The notes under the pieces are model-generated. The model was not told the DNA's origin and searched no databases. It saw only the letters and a list, made by a program, of their open reading frames with translations. The translations under genes and the position numbers were made by a program. A stretch of DNA of 64,000 nt from an uncultured Alphaproteobacteria bacterium. Lineage in GTDB: Bacteria; Pseudomonadota; Alphaproteobacteria; RF32; CAG-239. Within the stretch, counting starts at the first letter, position 1. The number at the start of each line of letters is the position of its first letter. Positions 21,102 through 31,216 of the stretch are shown one piece after another. The stretch is from NCBI GenBank assembly GCA_964017825.1, contig CAXHMA010000001.1, forward strand, positions 193,115-257,114, read 5' to 3'.

Positions 21102-21539
21102 ATGAAAGAATTAAACTCGCTTCATAATAAATACCTGAAAGAAGCCGACGCGAAAGAAAAAAATTTCTTCATAACCGCCTTGTGCAGACTGGCCTCCTCT
21201 GATGGTAAAATCAAACCCGAAGAGCTGCAGTATATAGAAGAGCTGGCAGGTGCTGCCGGCATTGAAATCAGACCCGCTTTTTTTAACTGCCCGGACGAAG
21301 TTTTTCTGGAAGAAGCCCGCCGTTTCACAAACCGCAAATTAGCGTTGGCACTGTTAAAACATATGTTTATTCTGGCATATACCGACAATGTTTTTTCCGA
21401 TTCGGAAGGCATATTTATCTGCAAAATTTCCGAGGTTTTAAATATTGAACCGGATAAAGTCCAGGAGATAAGCTCATGGGTAATAGACCGCATCATTTGG
21501 CTCGAACAAGCCGAAAAAATTTTTGAAGAATATGAATAA
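21102..21539 (+). CDS. TerB-like domain protein (tellurite-resistance TerB fold)
   Basis: 'LASSDGKIKPEELQYIEELA … DSEGIFICKISEVLNI' pattern typical of TerB/DjlA-N domains. Confidence 0.6.
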   Translation: MKELNSLHNKYLKEADAKEKNFFITALCRLASSDGKIKPEELQYIEELAGAAGIEIRPAFFNCPDEVFLEEARRFTNRKLALALLKHMFILAYTDNVFSDSEGIFICKISEVLNIEPDKVQEISSWVIDRIIWLEQAEKIFEEYE

Positions 21540-21553
21540 CCGGGGAGGACGCT

Positions 21554-22429
21554 ATGAGAAAAATAACCGCCGATGACAGCACCAATTTTTACAAAGTTAT
21601 AAAAAAACACCTTAAACGGCAACACCCCGAAGCATCCGACAAAGAGCTCGGCAGTTTGAGCCGTGAAGTTGTTTTTGCCCCCAAAGATTACAAGACGGAA
21701 ATAAACGGCACATCTTCGGAGATAAGCGGTATTCGTGAAAACCTCGCCGATTTTATCGAGCAAAAAACGGCGGAAAACAGTTTCATTCCTTATTCTCTGG
21801 ATGCCGAAATTGCTGACTTGATAGAAAGCACAAACTGCGAAACTTCGTCTATGAATGAATATTACCGCTGGATAAACGTTACGACGGAAATTGTTCAAAA
21901 CAGTACCCATGCCCATATTACGGAGGAAAACATTTCCGAACGCAACTCGTTCATCGCCATGAGCCATGCCCGTGAATCGGAGATTCTTCTTTGCCTGGCT
22001 TTATATGAAGCGGCAGGAAGCGCAAACAACAAAGAAAAAATCGACATGCTGCGTTTTAAGCTGGCAAGATTGCGGGAAATGCGCAGCATTGTAAACAACA
22101 CGCCGAGCCGTGCCACGCGCTGCAACCGTGACTGTAATAACGAATGCAGTGAACATTTGCAGAAATATTTAACTTATTGCCATGAGCTTCAAAAACAAAA
22201 ATTAAATTTTGACGAAAATATTAACCTGAATTTAAAACTAAATATTAATCATAATGATGAAGATTTGGCAGATGATTTTTCTTATCTTGACCATTTGCGT
22301 CGGATTATCTTATATATGATGCGCAAGTTAGATAAAAACTCCCGCCAAAACCGGCGTTCCGACATCCGGGCGGAAAACACGCAAAAAAGAACGGCTGTTA
22401 CCCGCAACGGCAATGAGATAACGCGATAA
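21554..22429 (+). CDS. Hypothetical protein (291 aa) with a Cys-rich 'RCNRDCNNECSEH' segment and a basic tail
   Basis: Starts 14 nt after the TerB-like gene on the same strand. Confidence 0.55.
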   Translation: MRKITADDSTNFYKVIKKHLKRQHPEASDKELGSLSREVVFAPKDYKTEINGTSSEISGIRENLADFIEQKTAENSFIPYSLDAEIADLIESTNCETSSMNEYYRWINVTTEIVQNSTHAHITEENISERNSFIAMSHARESEILLCLALYEAAGSANNKEKIDMLRFKLARLREMRSIVNNTPSRATRCNRDCNNECSEHLQKYLTYCHELQKQKLNFDENINLNLKLNINHNDEDLADDFSYLDHLRRIILYMMRKLDKNSRQNRRSDIRAENTQKRTAVTRNGNEITR

Positions 22430-22452
22430 AACCTATTAAAGGAGCTTTATTT

Positions 22453-22755
22453 ATGGAAATTATGTTAGAATCAATCCTCTGGTGTGTTGAAGGAATATTG
22501 GAGGTTTACTTTATACTGGCTGTTGTCAACATCGTTTTGTACTGGTGTATGCATTTCAATGTTATCGGTCAGGGCGGGGAGGCATTCAAAAGGTTTTTAT
22601 CTTTTTTGCACCTTATCACCGAGCCGGTATACGCCAAATTACGCGAACGTATAAAGCCTGTTCAGGGTTTTGACATTTCTCCGTATGTTTTAATTTTGGC
22701 GCTCATGCTGGTTTTGCACATATTGGAAAAAACGCGTCAGGCTCTCATCGGTTAA
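22453..22755 (+). CDS. yggT: YggT-family membrane protein
   Basis: Two TM segments. Conserved yggT-DUF167 pairing. Confidence 0.7.
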   Translation: MEIMLESILWCVEGILEVYFILAVVNIVLYWCMHFNVIGQGGEAFKRFLSFLHLITEPVYAKLRERIKPVQGFDISPYVLILALMLVLHILEKTRQALIG

Positions 22756-22764
22756 GGAGACCGC

Positions 22765-23091
22765 ATGTTTTATGACAAAGTCCCCCAAGGCTGGATTTTA
22801 AAGATAAGGGTCATGCCCAATTCTTCGAAATGCGGTATTGCGGGGCTTATTGTCAACAGTACCGGTGAAGAATATTTAAAAATCAGCCTGCATGCGTTAC
22901 CTGAAAAAGGAAAAGCCAACAAAGAGCTTATTGCATATTTAAGCAAAACATTAAAACAGTGCAAAAGCAGCTTTTCCGTTATCAGCGGCGAAACCGACCG
23001 CAATAAAAAAATATTATTAAGCACCGAGCAATCCGATATAGAAGAAAAACTGAAATCCATGGGAAACGCCGATGACCGCACAAATCATTAA
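22765..23091 (+). CDS. DUF167 (YggU-family) protein
   Basis: 'LKIRVMPNSSK…LAYLSKTL' matches the YggU family. Confidence 0.7.
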   Translation: MFYDKVPQGWILKIRVMPNSSKCGIAGLIVNSTGEEYLKISLHALPEKGKANKELIAYLSKTLKQCKSSFSVISGETDRNKKILLSTEQSDIEEKLKSMGNADDRTNH

Positions 23092-23917
23092 CGGCAAAGA
23101 ACACGCCTTATTAATCCGCCGAAAAATCAAAGAAGCAGTATGTCTTCTTCCTGCCGCGCCGTGTCTGGCCGTCATCATCGCAGGAACGGATCCCGCCAGC
23201 GAAATCTACGTCCGCTCCAAAGAAAAAGCCTGCCATGAAGCGGGCATAACAGCCAAGACCTATCATTTTCCCGCCGATACAACCGAAGAACAATTAACCG
23301 CGCTCATTCATAATCTGAACGCAGATAATCAAATCAACGGCATATTGGTACAGCTCCCCTTGCCCGCACACCTCAATACGAAAAAAATTCTCGGCTGCAT
23401 CGCTCCGATTAAAGATGTTGACGGCTTTCACCCGTTAAATATCGCAGCCTTGCAGCAAAAAGACATTGACGCGTTCATCCCCTGCACTCCGAAAGGGATT
23501 ATCAAACTGCTTCATCAGGTTAAAAACGATTTAAGCGGGCTTAATGCCGTTGTCGTCGGACGCTCTCAGATTGTCGGTTTGCCTTGTGCGCAGTTATTGT
23601 TAAATGAAAACTGTACCGTCACGATTGCCCATTCCAAAACACAAAACCTCGCCAAAGTCTGCAAAACGGCGGATATTCTGGTTGCTGCCGTCGGCAAACC
23701 CGAACTGATTAATAAAGCACATATCAAACCCGGTGCAGTCGTTATTGACGTCGGCATCAACCGCACACCGGACGGCTTGAAAGGCGATGTCTGTTTTACA
23801 GACGCTTTGCAAATCGCCTCATACGTAACCCCCGTCCCCGGCGGTGTCGGCCCCATGACAATCGCCATGCTGCTGGAAAATACATATGAAGCATATTTAA
23901 AACAAAACCGCCCTTAA
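23072..23917 (+). CDS. folD: Bifunctional methylenetetrahydrofolate dehydrogenase/cyclohydrolase
   Basis: FolD motifs (YVRSKEKAC, VVGRSQIVGLP, PGGVGPMT). Confidence 0.95.
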   Translation: MTAQIINGKEHALLIRRKIKEAVCLLPAAPCLAVIIAGTDPASEIYVRSKEKACHEAGITAKTYHFPADTTEEQLTALIHNLNADNQINGILVQLPLPAHLNTKKILGCIAPIKDVDGFHPLNIAALQQKDIDAFIPCTPKGIIKLLHQVKNDLSGLNAVVVGRSQIVGLPCAQLLLNENCTVTIAHSKTQNLAKVCKTADILVAAVGKPELINKAHIKPGAVVIDVGINRTPDGLKGDVCFTDALQIASYVTPVPGGVGPMTIAMLLENTYEAYLKQNRP

Positions 23918-23970
23918 AATCTGCTTTGTTTTGCATTATATTTAGACTCCGTAAACAAAGGAGGAAAAGC

Positions 23971-24591
23971 ATGCAGCATTTGGGAAACATTTTCTTATAC
24001 AATACCGATGACGCCAATAAGGCATTATATCATGAAAATCTGGAAAAAATGGGTTATTATTTGTTTGATACGGATAATCTCCATAAATTTACCATGTATC
24101 ACAAAGAGATAACACCGAATGTGCTGTTGTTTGACTTCGGACGCCAAACACCGATAGACTACATTGCCTCGCTTGAACGCAAGTTTGAGCGTTCCACAAT
24201 CCCGATTGTCGTCGTTTCCGAAGCCCCGAATGCCTTAATATATCACCCTTCTATCAGTCACTATCTGACGCATGACGAAGCCAAAAGAAACTTGCAAAAC
24301 ATCTTGGAAAGCTATTGCGTCGGTTATAAAAAACATCATATTCTGTATATTAACCTCAAACCTTACGAGCGTTCGGATTTTGCCGATTCCGTTCGCCGGA
24401 GCGGATACAGCCTGTTTGAAGTGCATAATATAAATTCCGCCAAAAAATATATGGAAAAAAACGCTCCCTCCGTTATATGTATAAACTTCAAGCCCGCCTT
24501 AAGCAAATCGCAGAAATTATTTTCATTTCCCAAAACATTTTATGTGGACAACACGCAAAATGTTAAAGAAGTTGAACAATTTTTAAACTAA
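23971..24591 (+). CDS. Hypothetical protein (~206 aa from MQHLGN, AAGGAGG RBS), possibly two degenerate receiver-like halves
   Basis: Excellent RBS. No catalytic Asp pattern recognisable. Confidence 0.55.
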   Translation: MQHLGNIFLYNTDDANKALYHENLEKMGYYLFDTDNLHKFTMYHKEITPNVLLFDFGRQTPIDYIASLERKFERSTIPIVVVSEAPNALIYHPSISHYLTHDEAKRNLQNILESYCVGYKKHHILYINLKPYERSDFADSVRRSGYSLFEVHNINSAKKYMEKNAPSVICINFKPALSKSQKLFSFPKTFYVDNTQNVKEVEQFLN

Positions 24592-24631
24592 ACCTGAAAG
24601 CCATAGGACGAACTATCGGAAAGAAACAGTA

Positions 24632-25225
24632 ATGGCTTTCAAAAACCTGACCAAAACGATTTATGATAAAACGCTGAATTTGGCATCCCGCCCGCATGCC
24701 CTGTGCTGGCTGGCGGCCATTTCTTTTATTGAGAGCTCATTCTTTCCGATTCCCCCGGATATCATGATTATCCCTATGGCCTTGGCCGCTCCGCAAAAAG
24801 CGTATAAAATTGCTGCGGTTGCAACAATATCAAGTGTGCTCGGCGGTTATTTCGGCTATGTCATCGGCCTGTACGGATTTGAGCTGGTTGCCCGCCCGCT
24901 TCTGGAATTTTACGGATACATGGCGCAATTTGCCAAATTTGAATCTTACTACCATAATTACGGCGCATGGATAGTTTTCGGCGCCGGTATCACACCTTTC
25001 CCCTACAAAATTATCACCATTGCCAGCGGCGCCGTTCATCTGAATTTGGCAGTGTTCACGGTTGCATCCGTTCTTGCCCGCGGCATACGCTTCTACCTTA
25101 TCGCATGGCTGTTGAAAAAATTCGGCGAACCGATGAAAGGATTCATAGAGAAAAACCTCAATCTGCTCTCAATCCTCTTCCTGCTTCTGCTCATCGGCGG
25201 ATTCGCCGTTATCAAATGGCTCTGA
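24632..25225 (+). CDS. DedA/YqaA-family membrane protein
   Basis: 'SSFFPIPPDIMIIPMA' DedA signature. Confidence 0.8.
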   Translation: MAFKNLTKTIYDKTLNLASRPHALCWLAAISFIESSFFPIPPDIMIIPMALAAPQKAYKIAAVATISSVLGGYFGYVIGLYGFELVARPLLEFYGYMAQFAKFESYYHNYGAWIVFGAGITPFPYKIITIASGAVHLNLAVFTVASVLARGIRFYLIAWLLKKFGEPMKGFIEKNLNLLSILFLLLLIGGFAVIKWL

Positions 25226-26342
25226 TAAATTCACAAGACAATCGACTTATCAAATTGCGCAGAAATCCGGTATATTTTCCCAAATCAGTTTCTGCAATTC
25301 TTTCTTCCGCCGTATGCGCCAGCGCTTCATCCCCTGCCCCGCAGATAAAGGTTTCAATCCCCGCTTCCTGAAAAAATCCCGCTTCGGTTGCATAAGGCAA
25401 AGACAATTTTTCGGTATTCAAAAGCGACAGCGCTGTTTCTGCCAAACGGGAATTTTCCATGCGCACAAACGCAGGCAGCGTTTCAAACGCTTCCGTTGTT
25501 ACCGAAGCTCCGGCATATTCCCTGCTCAGTTCTTGGCAAAATGCTTCCATTTGTGTTAAGATGAAATCTTTGTGTTCAGCCTCAATATAACGCATTTCCC
25601 AATCAATATATGCTTCATCGCTGATTGAATTCCGCTCTTTCCCGCCGCCGATAACACCGACATTCAAAGTCGTTCCTAATGGCATATATTGCGCATTCAG
25701 TTTCTCAATAAACGTTATCATCTTCGCAGCAATATAATTCGCATTCACCCCCAAATCCGGTCGGCTGGAATGCCCTGCTTTTCCTTTTATTAAAGTTCTG
25801 TATCCGGCAAATCCTTTATTTGCAACGCACACCCGAAACCCCGTCGGTTCGCCGATTAAAGCATATTGCGGCGCGATATCATTCTTCTTCATAAAAGAAA
25901 TAATTTCCCTAATTCCGCAAACATCAGTTTCTTCATCCGAAGTAAAAGTCAGAATAATCGGAAATCCGGCTTTTTTTAATTCACCCGGCTCATGCAGCAC
26001 AACTGCTGCAAAATACTTCATGTCAACCGTTCCGCGCCCCCAAAGCAGACCTTCCGCCGCCGTAGGTTGAAAGGGCGGCACCTGCCATTCTTTTTCATTG
26101 GCACCGACCGTATCGATATGCCCCGATAAAATCAGCCCGCCTTTGATGTTTTTTAACTCTCTGACGTTAAGCGCTGCGATAATACTTTCTTTATTGCTTC
26201 CCGCATGGCGCAAACGTGCATATAAAATACCGTTTTTCTCTAAAATCGCACAGATATAATCAATACATTTCCTGATGCCGTTCTCATCGCCGTCTGTTTT
26301 AAAAGCAATCAAATCCGCCAAAATATCTCTTACATCTGCCAT
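25212..26342 (-). CDS. M20-family metallopeptidase/deacylase (ArgE/DapE-like)
   Basis: 'GHIDTVGANEKEWQVPPF', 'GRGTVDMK', 'SDEE' metal-binding motifs. Confidence 0.85.
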   Translation of the reverse strand: MADVRDILADLIAFKTDGDENGIRKCIDYICAILEKNGILYARLRHAGSNKESIIAALNVRELKNIKGGLILSGHIDTVGANEKEWQVPPFQPTAAEGLLWGRGTVDMKYFAAVVLHEPGELKKAGFPIILTFTSDEETDVCGIREIISFMKKNDIAPQYALIGEPTGFRVCVANKGFAGYRTLIKGKAGHSSRPDLGVNANYIAAKMITFIEKLNAQYMPLGTTLNVGVIGGGKERNSISDEAYIDWEMRYIEAEHKDFILTQMEAFCQELSREYAGASVTTEAFETLPAFVRMENSRLAETALSLLNTEKLSLPYATEAGFFQEAGIETFICGAGDEALAHTAEERIAETDLGKYTGFLRNLISRLSCEFIRAI

Positions 26343-26346
26343 GGCT

Positions 26347-27228
26347 TCACCTTTCGCTGTTATCATCTTTGGCTTTAACCGGAATCAGCTCTATGTCTTT
26401 AATACCTTTTGCTGTTTGCTTTCCTCTTTCAGCCGAAATAAGTTTCATCCCCGGCGTCTGTACCGGACAATCCGACATATAAAGCAAATTATACCCGCCC
26501 TGATATGCTACCTTTGAGCATGTATATGCCCCCATTCGGCCTAATTGTGTTCGCAACACATCTGCCGCATCATCAAGTTTGTCAGCGCGCGAAAAATCAA
26601 ACGTCAAACTCCTGCATTCACCGGGATACTGTTCGGCGCAATTCCTGTAAAACGTCATATACATTGTTTTTTCACCTTCCGCACCGTTGCGCCCGTCAAC
26701 AAAACCGATAAAATTCAGTGTATGCGATAACGTTAAAAAACTGGCCCGATTCCGATATTCGCAGTCAGCATAAATCCCTTTGGCACCATATGAATGCAAT
26801 GCACTTAAAGCAACATTAACCAGCTTTTTGGCAACACCTTTATTGCGGTATTCACTCGCCACCATAAGCCCGGAAAGTCCGTAACATGCTCCGGCTGTTT
26901 TTTCTTCCTGCTTCGGCAGCACAAAAAAAGGATACGGGAATTCCAAACGTTTCAGCTTCGCCACCCCCATAAGTTTATTTCCATTGCCGAACATCCCGAC
27001 ATAACAGCTGTCAGTAGATAAAATGCCTTCTTTTACTTCCTCAGCAGACGGAACATACAAAAACTCCTGACACCCGTCATACGATTCATAAAGGCGGCAA
27101 ATATCCCCGACATGCTCCTCGCCCAGCATACGGCAATCACAATCCGCAACCGGACTGTTGCCGTTTTTTGAAGCAAGCCTTACCGCTTCCCGGCTGTGTC
27201 GAATACACTCCGAAAAATTTTCTAACAT
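26347..27228 (-). CDS. GNAT-family N-acetyltransferase with a ~120-aa C-terminal extension
   Basis: Acetyl-CoA motif 'EYRNKGVAKKLV'. Confidence 0.7.
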   Translation of the reverse strand: MLENFSECIRHSREAVRLASKNGNSPVADCDCRMLGEEHVGDICRLYESYDGCQEFLYVPSAEEVKEGILSTDSCYVGMFGNGNKLMGVAKLKRLEFPYPFFVLPKQEEKTAGACYGLSGLMVASEYRNKGVAKKLVNVALSALHSYGAKGIYADCEYRNRASFLTLSHTLNFIGFVDGRNGAEGEKTMYMTFYRNCAEQYPGECRSLTFDFSRADKLDDAADVLRTQLGRMGAYTCSKVAYQGGYNLLYMSDCPVQTPGMKLISAERGKQTAKGIKDIELIPVKAKDDNSER

Positions 27229-27479
27229 ATTATACCTTCATTTTATTATTTCCGGAAACGAGAAGACACGCCGTATAATACCCGTGGATAAAGGCACATA
27301 CATCCTATATTTCAAACATCTTCCGGTGTTTTTGATTATATTCTTCATGATATTGCCTGCAAACAGGCGTATTAGGCAAATTATACCCGCGATGTTCATA
27401 TTTGTCAATATAAACATCAAACCAAACGAAAATGCGAGCTGACACCGCCCGCATTTTCATTTTTTCCATATGGCAATTC

Positions 27480-28871
27480 TTATCTGCCGGCTTTAATCGC
27501 TTCAATCAACTCATGCGTTGTCGGAATATGCCCGTTTGCATAAAGCGGATCCTGCCCGAAACGGTAAACCTGATGCCCCGCAAACAAAAGATTGTCATCA
27601 GTGCTGCCGTTGTGCGAAATGTCAAACAGTGTTTTATGAATGCAATATGTCCGCGGGTCGCAGATCTTCCCTGTCGTTCCCGTCGCACCGGACCACGAAG
27701 AAAACTGGCATTGCGACAAACAACCGAGACATTTCGCCCGATCCTCTTTCATCACCTTCCATTCCTCCGGTGTTAAAAAGACAACCGTGCTGTCCGGCGT
27801 CTCCTGAATAACGGTAAAGCCTGCATTTATCTGATTATTCGCTTTTGCCAAATCGGCAGCCTTGATATAAACCGTCTTGACATTGCTTAAATTCAGCGGC
27901 GTATCATAAACCTCATCAGCTTCTGCTGCATAAGATATTTCTCCTTCTTTGCGCTCCATAAGGCGTGTCAAAAACTTATTTTTAATCGCCGATGAATAAA
28001 AGCCGGTCGGGCTGAAACGCTGTAAGGCGACATCACCCGGTTTCGTATTCAGCATAACTTTCTTCCAAGCATCGCTGATCGGGCTTTCCGTCGTAATCAT
28101 CGGGCGCGTGCCAAACTGGAAAGCGACTTTACCGATTTCCGGATTTTGCAGATAATCAGTCCAATCACTCAAACACCAGACACCGCCGGCAATAATAATC
28201 GGTGTCTCAGTAAGCCCGAGTTTATTCATAACAGCGCGCAATTCCTTAATCCTGTTATACGGATTTTGCGGTTCTTCCGGATTTTCGGCATTTGATAAAC
28301 CGTTATGCCCGCCGGCAAGCCACGGGTCTTCATAGACCACACCGCCCAGAAAATCACTGTAATGCGCATACGAGCGTTTCCAAAGAATTTGAAATGCACG
28401 CGCCGACGAAACAATCGGATAATAATAAACACCATTCTCGGAAGCAATTTCGCCTAACTTATACGGCAAACCGGCCCCGCAGGTAACGCCGTGAATAAGC
28501 CCTTTTGCCCCCTTTAAAACTTCGCGGATAACTGTTTCCGAATCAGCAAGCTCCCACAATTCGTTAACGTGGATTCTGCCGTTATCACCGGCAATTTCAT
28601 GGGCAATCCGCGCCTGTGCAATACCGCCTTTTATGGCGCCGGCAATCAAATCTTCATGCCGTTCCTGCCGCTTAGTACGTGCAGAGCGCTCCAAAACAAC
28701 ATTGCCGGCATTGTCATAGTAATCTGCACTTACCAGCGAAATCGTCCCCACACAGCCTTCTTTGGCAAAATGCCCGCTGCTGCGGCCGTCAGTGCCGTTA
28801 ATGCCTTTTCCGCCTTCAATAATCGGAAACACTTCTTTACCCGAAATTACAACAGTATCTAAATTTATCAC
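27480..28871 (-). CDS. Nitronate monooxygenase (NMO/2-nitropropane dioxygenase-like) family flavoprotein, long form (GTG start)
   Basis: TIM-barrel FMN motifs ('VTCGAGLP', 'IIIAGGVW'). AAGGA RBS before GTG. Confidence 0.65.
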   Translation of the reverse strand: MINLDTVVISGKEVFPIIEGGKGINGTDGRSSGHFAKEGCVGTISLVSADYYDNAGNVVLERSARTKRQERHEDLIAGAIKGGIAQARIAHEIAGDNGRIHVNELWELADSETVIREVLKGAKGLIHGVTCGAGLPYKLGEIASENGVYYYPIVSSARAFQILWKRSYAHYSDFLGGVVYEDPWLAGGHNGLSNAENPEEPQNPYNRIKELRAVMNKLGLTETPIIIAGGVWCLSDWTDYLQNPEIGKVAFQFGTRPMITTESPISDAWKKVMLNTKPGDVALQRFSPTGFYSSAIKNKFLTRLMERKEGEISYAAEADEVYDTPLNLSNVKTVYIKAADLAKANNQINAGFTVIQETPDSTVVFLTPEEWKVMKEDRAKCLGCLSQCQFSSWSGATGTTGKICDPRTYCIHKTLFDISHNGSTDDNLLFAGHQVYRFGQDPLYANGHIPTTHELIEAIKAGR

Positions 28872-28979
28872 CGGTCTATCCTTACTTAAATGAACATTTA
28901 CGAAAATTTATAACATCCTTTTTTTTAAATTAAAAGTAGGAACTTAACGGCATGTTAGTTTCCTAAAAGATACCGATAA

Positions 28980-30446
28980 TCAAAAAGGCTTAAACAATCT
29001 GTCCCATTCCACATTGTTGCTGACAATAAACGCCGCTGCAACGCAACAGTAAGTATATGTAATTAAAGCGTTAATTGTAATACTTCCTATCTGACGCACA
29101 AAAAAATGACGGTATTTTTTAATAACCCGATGCAGAAAATTAAAAAATAAGATATACACAATCAGCTGTCCCGAAATGCCGATACCTGCCAGCGCATTTT
29201 CGTATTCCATGGCAATCCGCGGAAAAAAAGTCATCAGCAGACTGTACAGCATAATCAAAATATACGCTGTGCGCATAGCCCTTTTTTCACTCTGGCGTTT
29301 ATGAATTTTATCTTCCTTCAAACTTTCCTTGGAGAGCTTTCCGACTTCAAACCCGCGGATTTTTTTAGGTTCGGAACTTTTTTCCTTAATGGTTTTCAAG
29401 TTAGATTTCAACCGTTCTTCGGCGACGCATAAGCCGCAGCCCTTATTGGTAAAATACGCATGATTCGGATTCTTTTTACAGGTTTTAATGTTTTTCAGAA
29501 GAAAATCCAGTTCCGCCTGCCACTCTATGGCTGTCGGACGTTTCTGCCCTTTCACGAAAGCACGGTCAAAAAGTTTGAGCGTACTCTGCGGCAAAAAAGC
29601 ATGAATACTGTACGGATGCGGCGCCTGATAATCATCACCCCACATACCGTATGCATAATGGTAATGTTCGATGCGCTCCTGAATGGACAGCGCAGTATCC
29701 GAAGTTTTTTTGACCACGCCCGAAAACGGATGAATACCGTTATTAAGCAATTTAAAAATAATAACCGCCAGAGCAAACTTATCCTGCTCTTCGCCCATTT
29801 CTTCGCAGCCCTGCGTCATCCCCTCGGGATAAATATATTCCTCGCTCACAAACTCTGCCGGAAACCGCGCCTGTTCTCCCTGAATGGAAAAACCGTCGCA
29901 ATCAAAAACCGCCACCGTCATTGTTTTTTTGTAAATGGAAACATTCGCAGGTTTTAAGTCAATAATATAATGTCCGTAGCGGTGCAATGACGCAACCATC
30001 AGCGCCACGTTATATGCCGCCATAACACGGTACTCATACTTGTCGCTTAACCCGAGTTTTGCCCGCACCGCGCTCTGCATTAAATGGTCTAAAGAAACCG
30101 CTTCTTTGGTATTGATAAACGGCATGACATAGCCCACGCAATACCCTTCGTCGTCTTCCAAAACCGCTTCCGGCCACGCAATCTGCACATACTCAACCCC
30201 GCCCGCGGTAACGCTCGGTATTTGCGGGTTATTCATAACCATGGCTTCCAGCTTCAAACGGTTTGTATTGCTTTTTTGCCGTTCATGAAAGATTTTGGCA
30301 ACCTTGGCCGGCTGTCCGGCAATCTCATAAACTTTGCCGGCGGCGCCGCCTTTATTTAAAAGTCCGCCGAGCGTCAGCCGTTCAAAATGTCTGTCCGCAT
30401 AAATGGCATTATAGCTCAAATTTTTCTGTTCCGCAGCTTCGCTCAT
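28980..30446 (-). CDS. Hanks-type Ser/Thr protein kinase-like protein with C-terminal transmembrane helices (TerY-P triad kinase)
   Basis: Gly-loop 'GGAAGKVYEI', Lys 'VAKIF', catalytic loop 'IIDLKPANV', DFG-like 'DCDGF'. ATG overlaps the PP2C stop (ATGA). Confidence 0.8.
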   Translation of the reverse strand: MSEAAEQKNLSYNAIYADRHFERLTLGGLLNKGGAAGKVYEIAGQPAKVAKIFHERQKSNTNRLKLEAMVMNNPQIPSVTAGGVEYVQIAWPEAVLEDDEGYCVGYVMPFINTKEAVSLDHLMQSAVRAKLGLSDKYEYRVMAAYNVALMVASLHRYGHYIIDLKPANVSIYKKTMTVAVFDCDGFSIQGEQARFPAEFVSEEYIYPEGMTQGCEEMGEEQDKFALAVIIFKLLNNGIHPFSGVVKKTSDTALSIQERIEHYHYAYGMWGDDYQAPHPYSIHAFLPQSTLKLFDRAFVKGQKRPTAIEWQAELDFLLKNIKTCKKNPNHAYFTNKGCGLCVAEERLKSNLKTIKEKSSEPKKIRGFEVGKLSKESLKEDKIHKRQSEKRAMRTAYILIMLYSLLMTFFPRIAMEYENALAGIGISGQLIVYILFFNFLHRVIKKYRHFFVRQIGSITINALITYTYCCVAAAFIVSNNVEWDRLFKPF

Positions 30447-31216
30447 TGCAGTCCTGCCCATAAAAACGTTTTGTCATCCGAATTGAGCCTGCAGGCTTTT
30501 TGTGCATTCAGCGTATTGTTAAGAGCCTTAAGCGCACGTTCTCTGTCAGGCTCGTCGTTGAGATACCGGTTAATCGGCTCGATGAACCCTTTTTTAAGCC
30601 GATGAAAATCATCCGACAGCGCAAAATTAGTTACCCCGTCCGTCATCAAAAACAAAGCGCTTGCCTTTTCAAATTTTGTAAACCGCAGACATTCTGTCCA
30701 GTTCTTCATCGTATAAAAATATGTCTCGCAGGAAAAATTTCCGTTTGCCGGCCGCGACAATGTATAGTCGGTATAGTTTTCAGCACCGTGCAGAGCGATT
30801 CCCGCCCCGTCTCCGATATGAAAAAACACGCCGTTTTTCTTATGACAGACCACGCCGACAACCGTCGCCGAAAAATTCAATATTTCTTCTTCTCTTTTAC
30901 TTTTGTTCAGCCTGTGAATGAGCAGCCTTTCGCGCACCGATTCTATCACCCGCACCACAGCCGGTTCCACATCTTTTAACGGCGTATTAATCAAAGTATT
31001 GACCAACGCTTCGCAAATCATTTTCGCACCGATTTTACCGTATTTGGCAGAGCCGGCACCATCAGAAACCACGGCCGCCAATTTATTGCCCGAACAGGCA
31101 TATTGATAAAAATCCTGACACGGAAGTTTCTTTGCCGTATGCAGCCCCCCCGTCAGTTTTGTCGCGATAACCCTTATGTTTTTAGGCTTCCTCTTCATTC
31201 CAGCCCTCAATGTCAT
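30443..31216 (-). CDS. PP2C-family Ser/Thr phosphatase (TerY-P triad phosphatase)
   Basis: 'VVSDGAGSAKYG' and 'FLMTDGVTNF' metal-binding motifs. Confidence 0.8.
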   Translation of the reverse strand: MTLRAGMKRKPKNIRVIATKLTGGLHTAKKLPCQDFYQYACSGNKLAAVVSDGAGSAKYGKIGAKMICEALVNTLINTPLKDVEPAVVRVIESVRERLLIHRLNKSKREEEILNFSATVVGVVCHKKNGVFFHIGDGAGIALHGAENYTDYTLSRPANGNFSCETYFYTMKNWTECLRFTKFEKASALFLMTDGVTNFALSDDFHRLKKGFIEPINRYLNDEPDRERALKALNNTLNAQKACRLNSDDKTFLWAGLQ

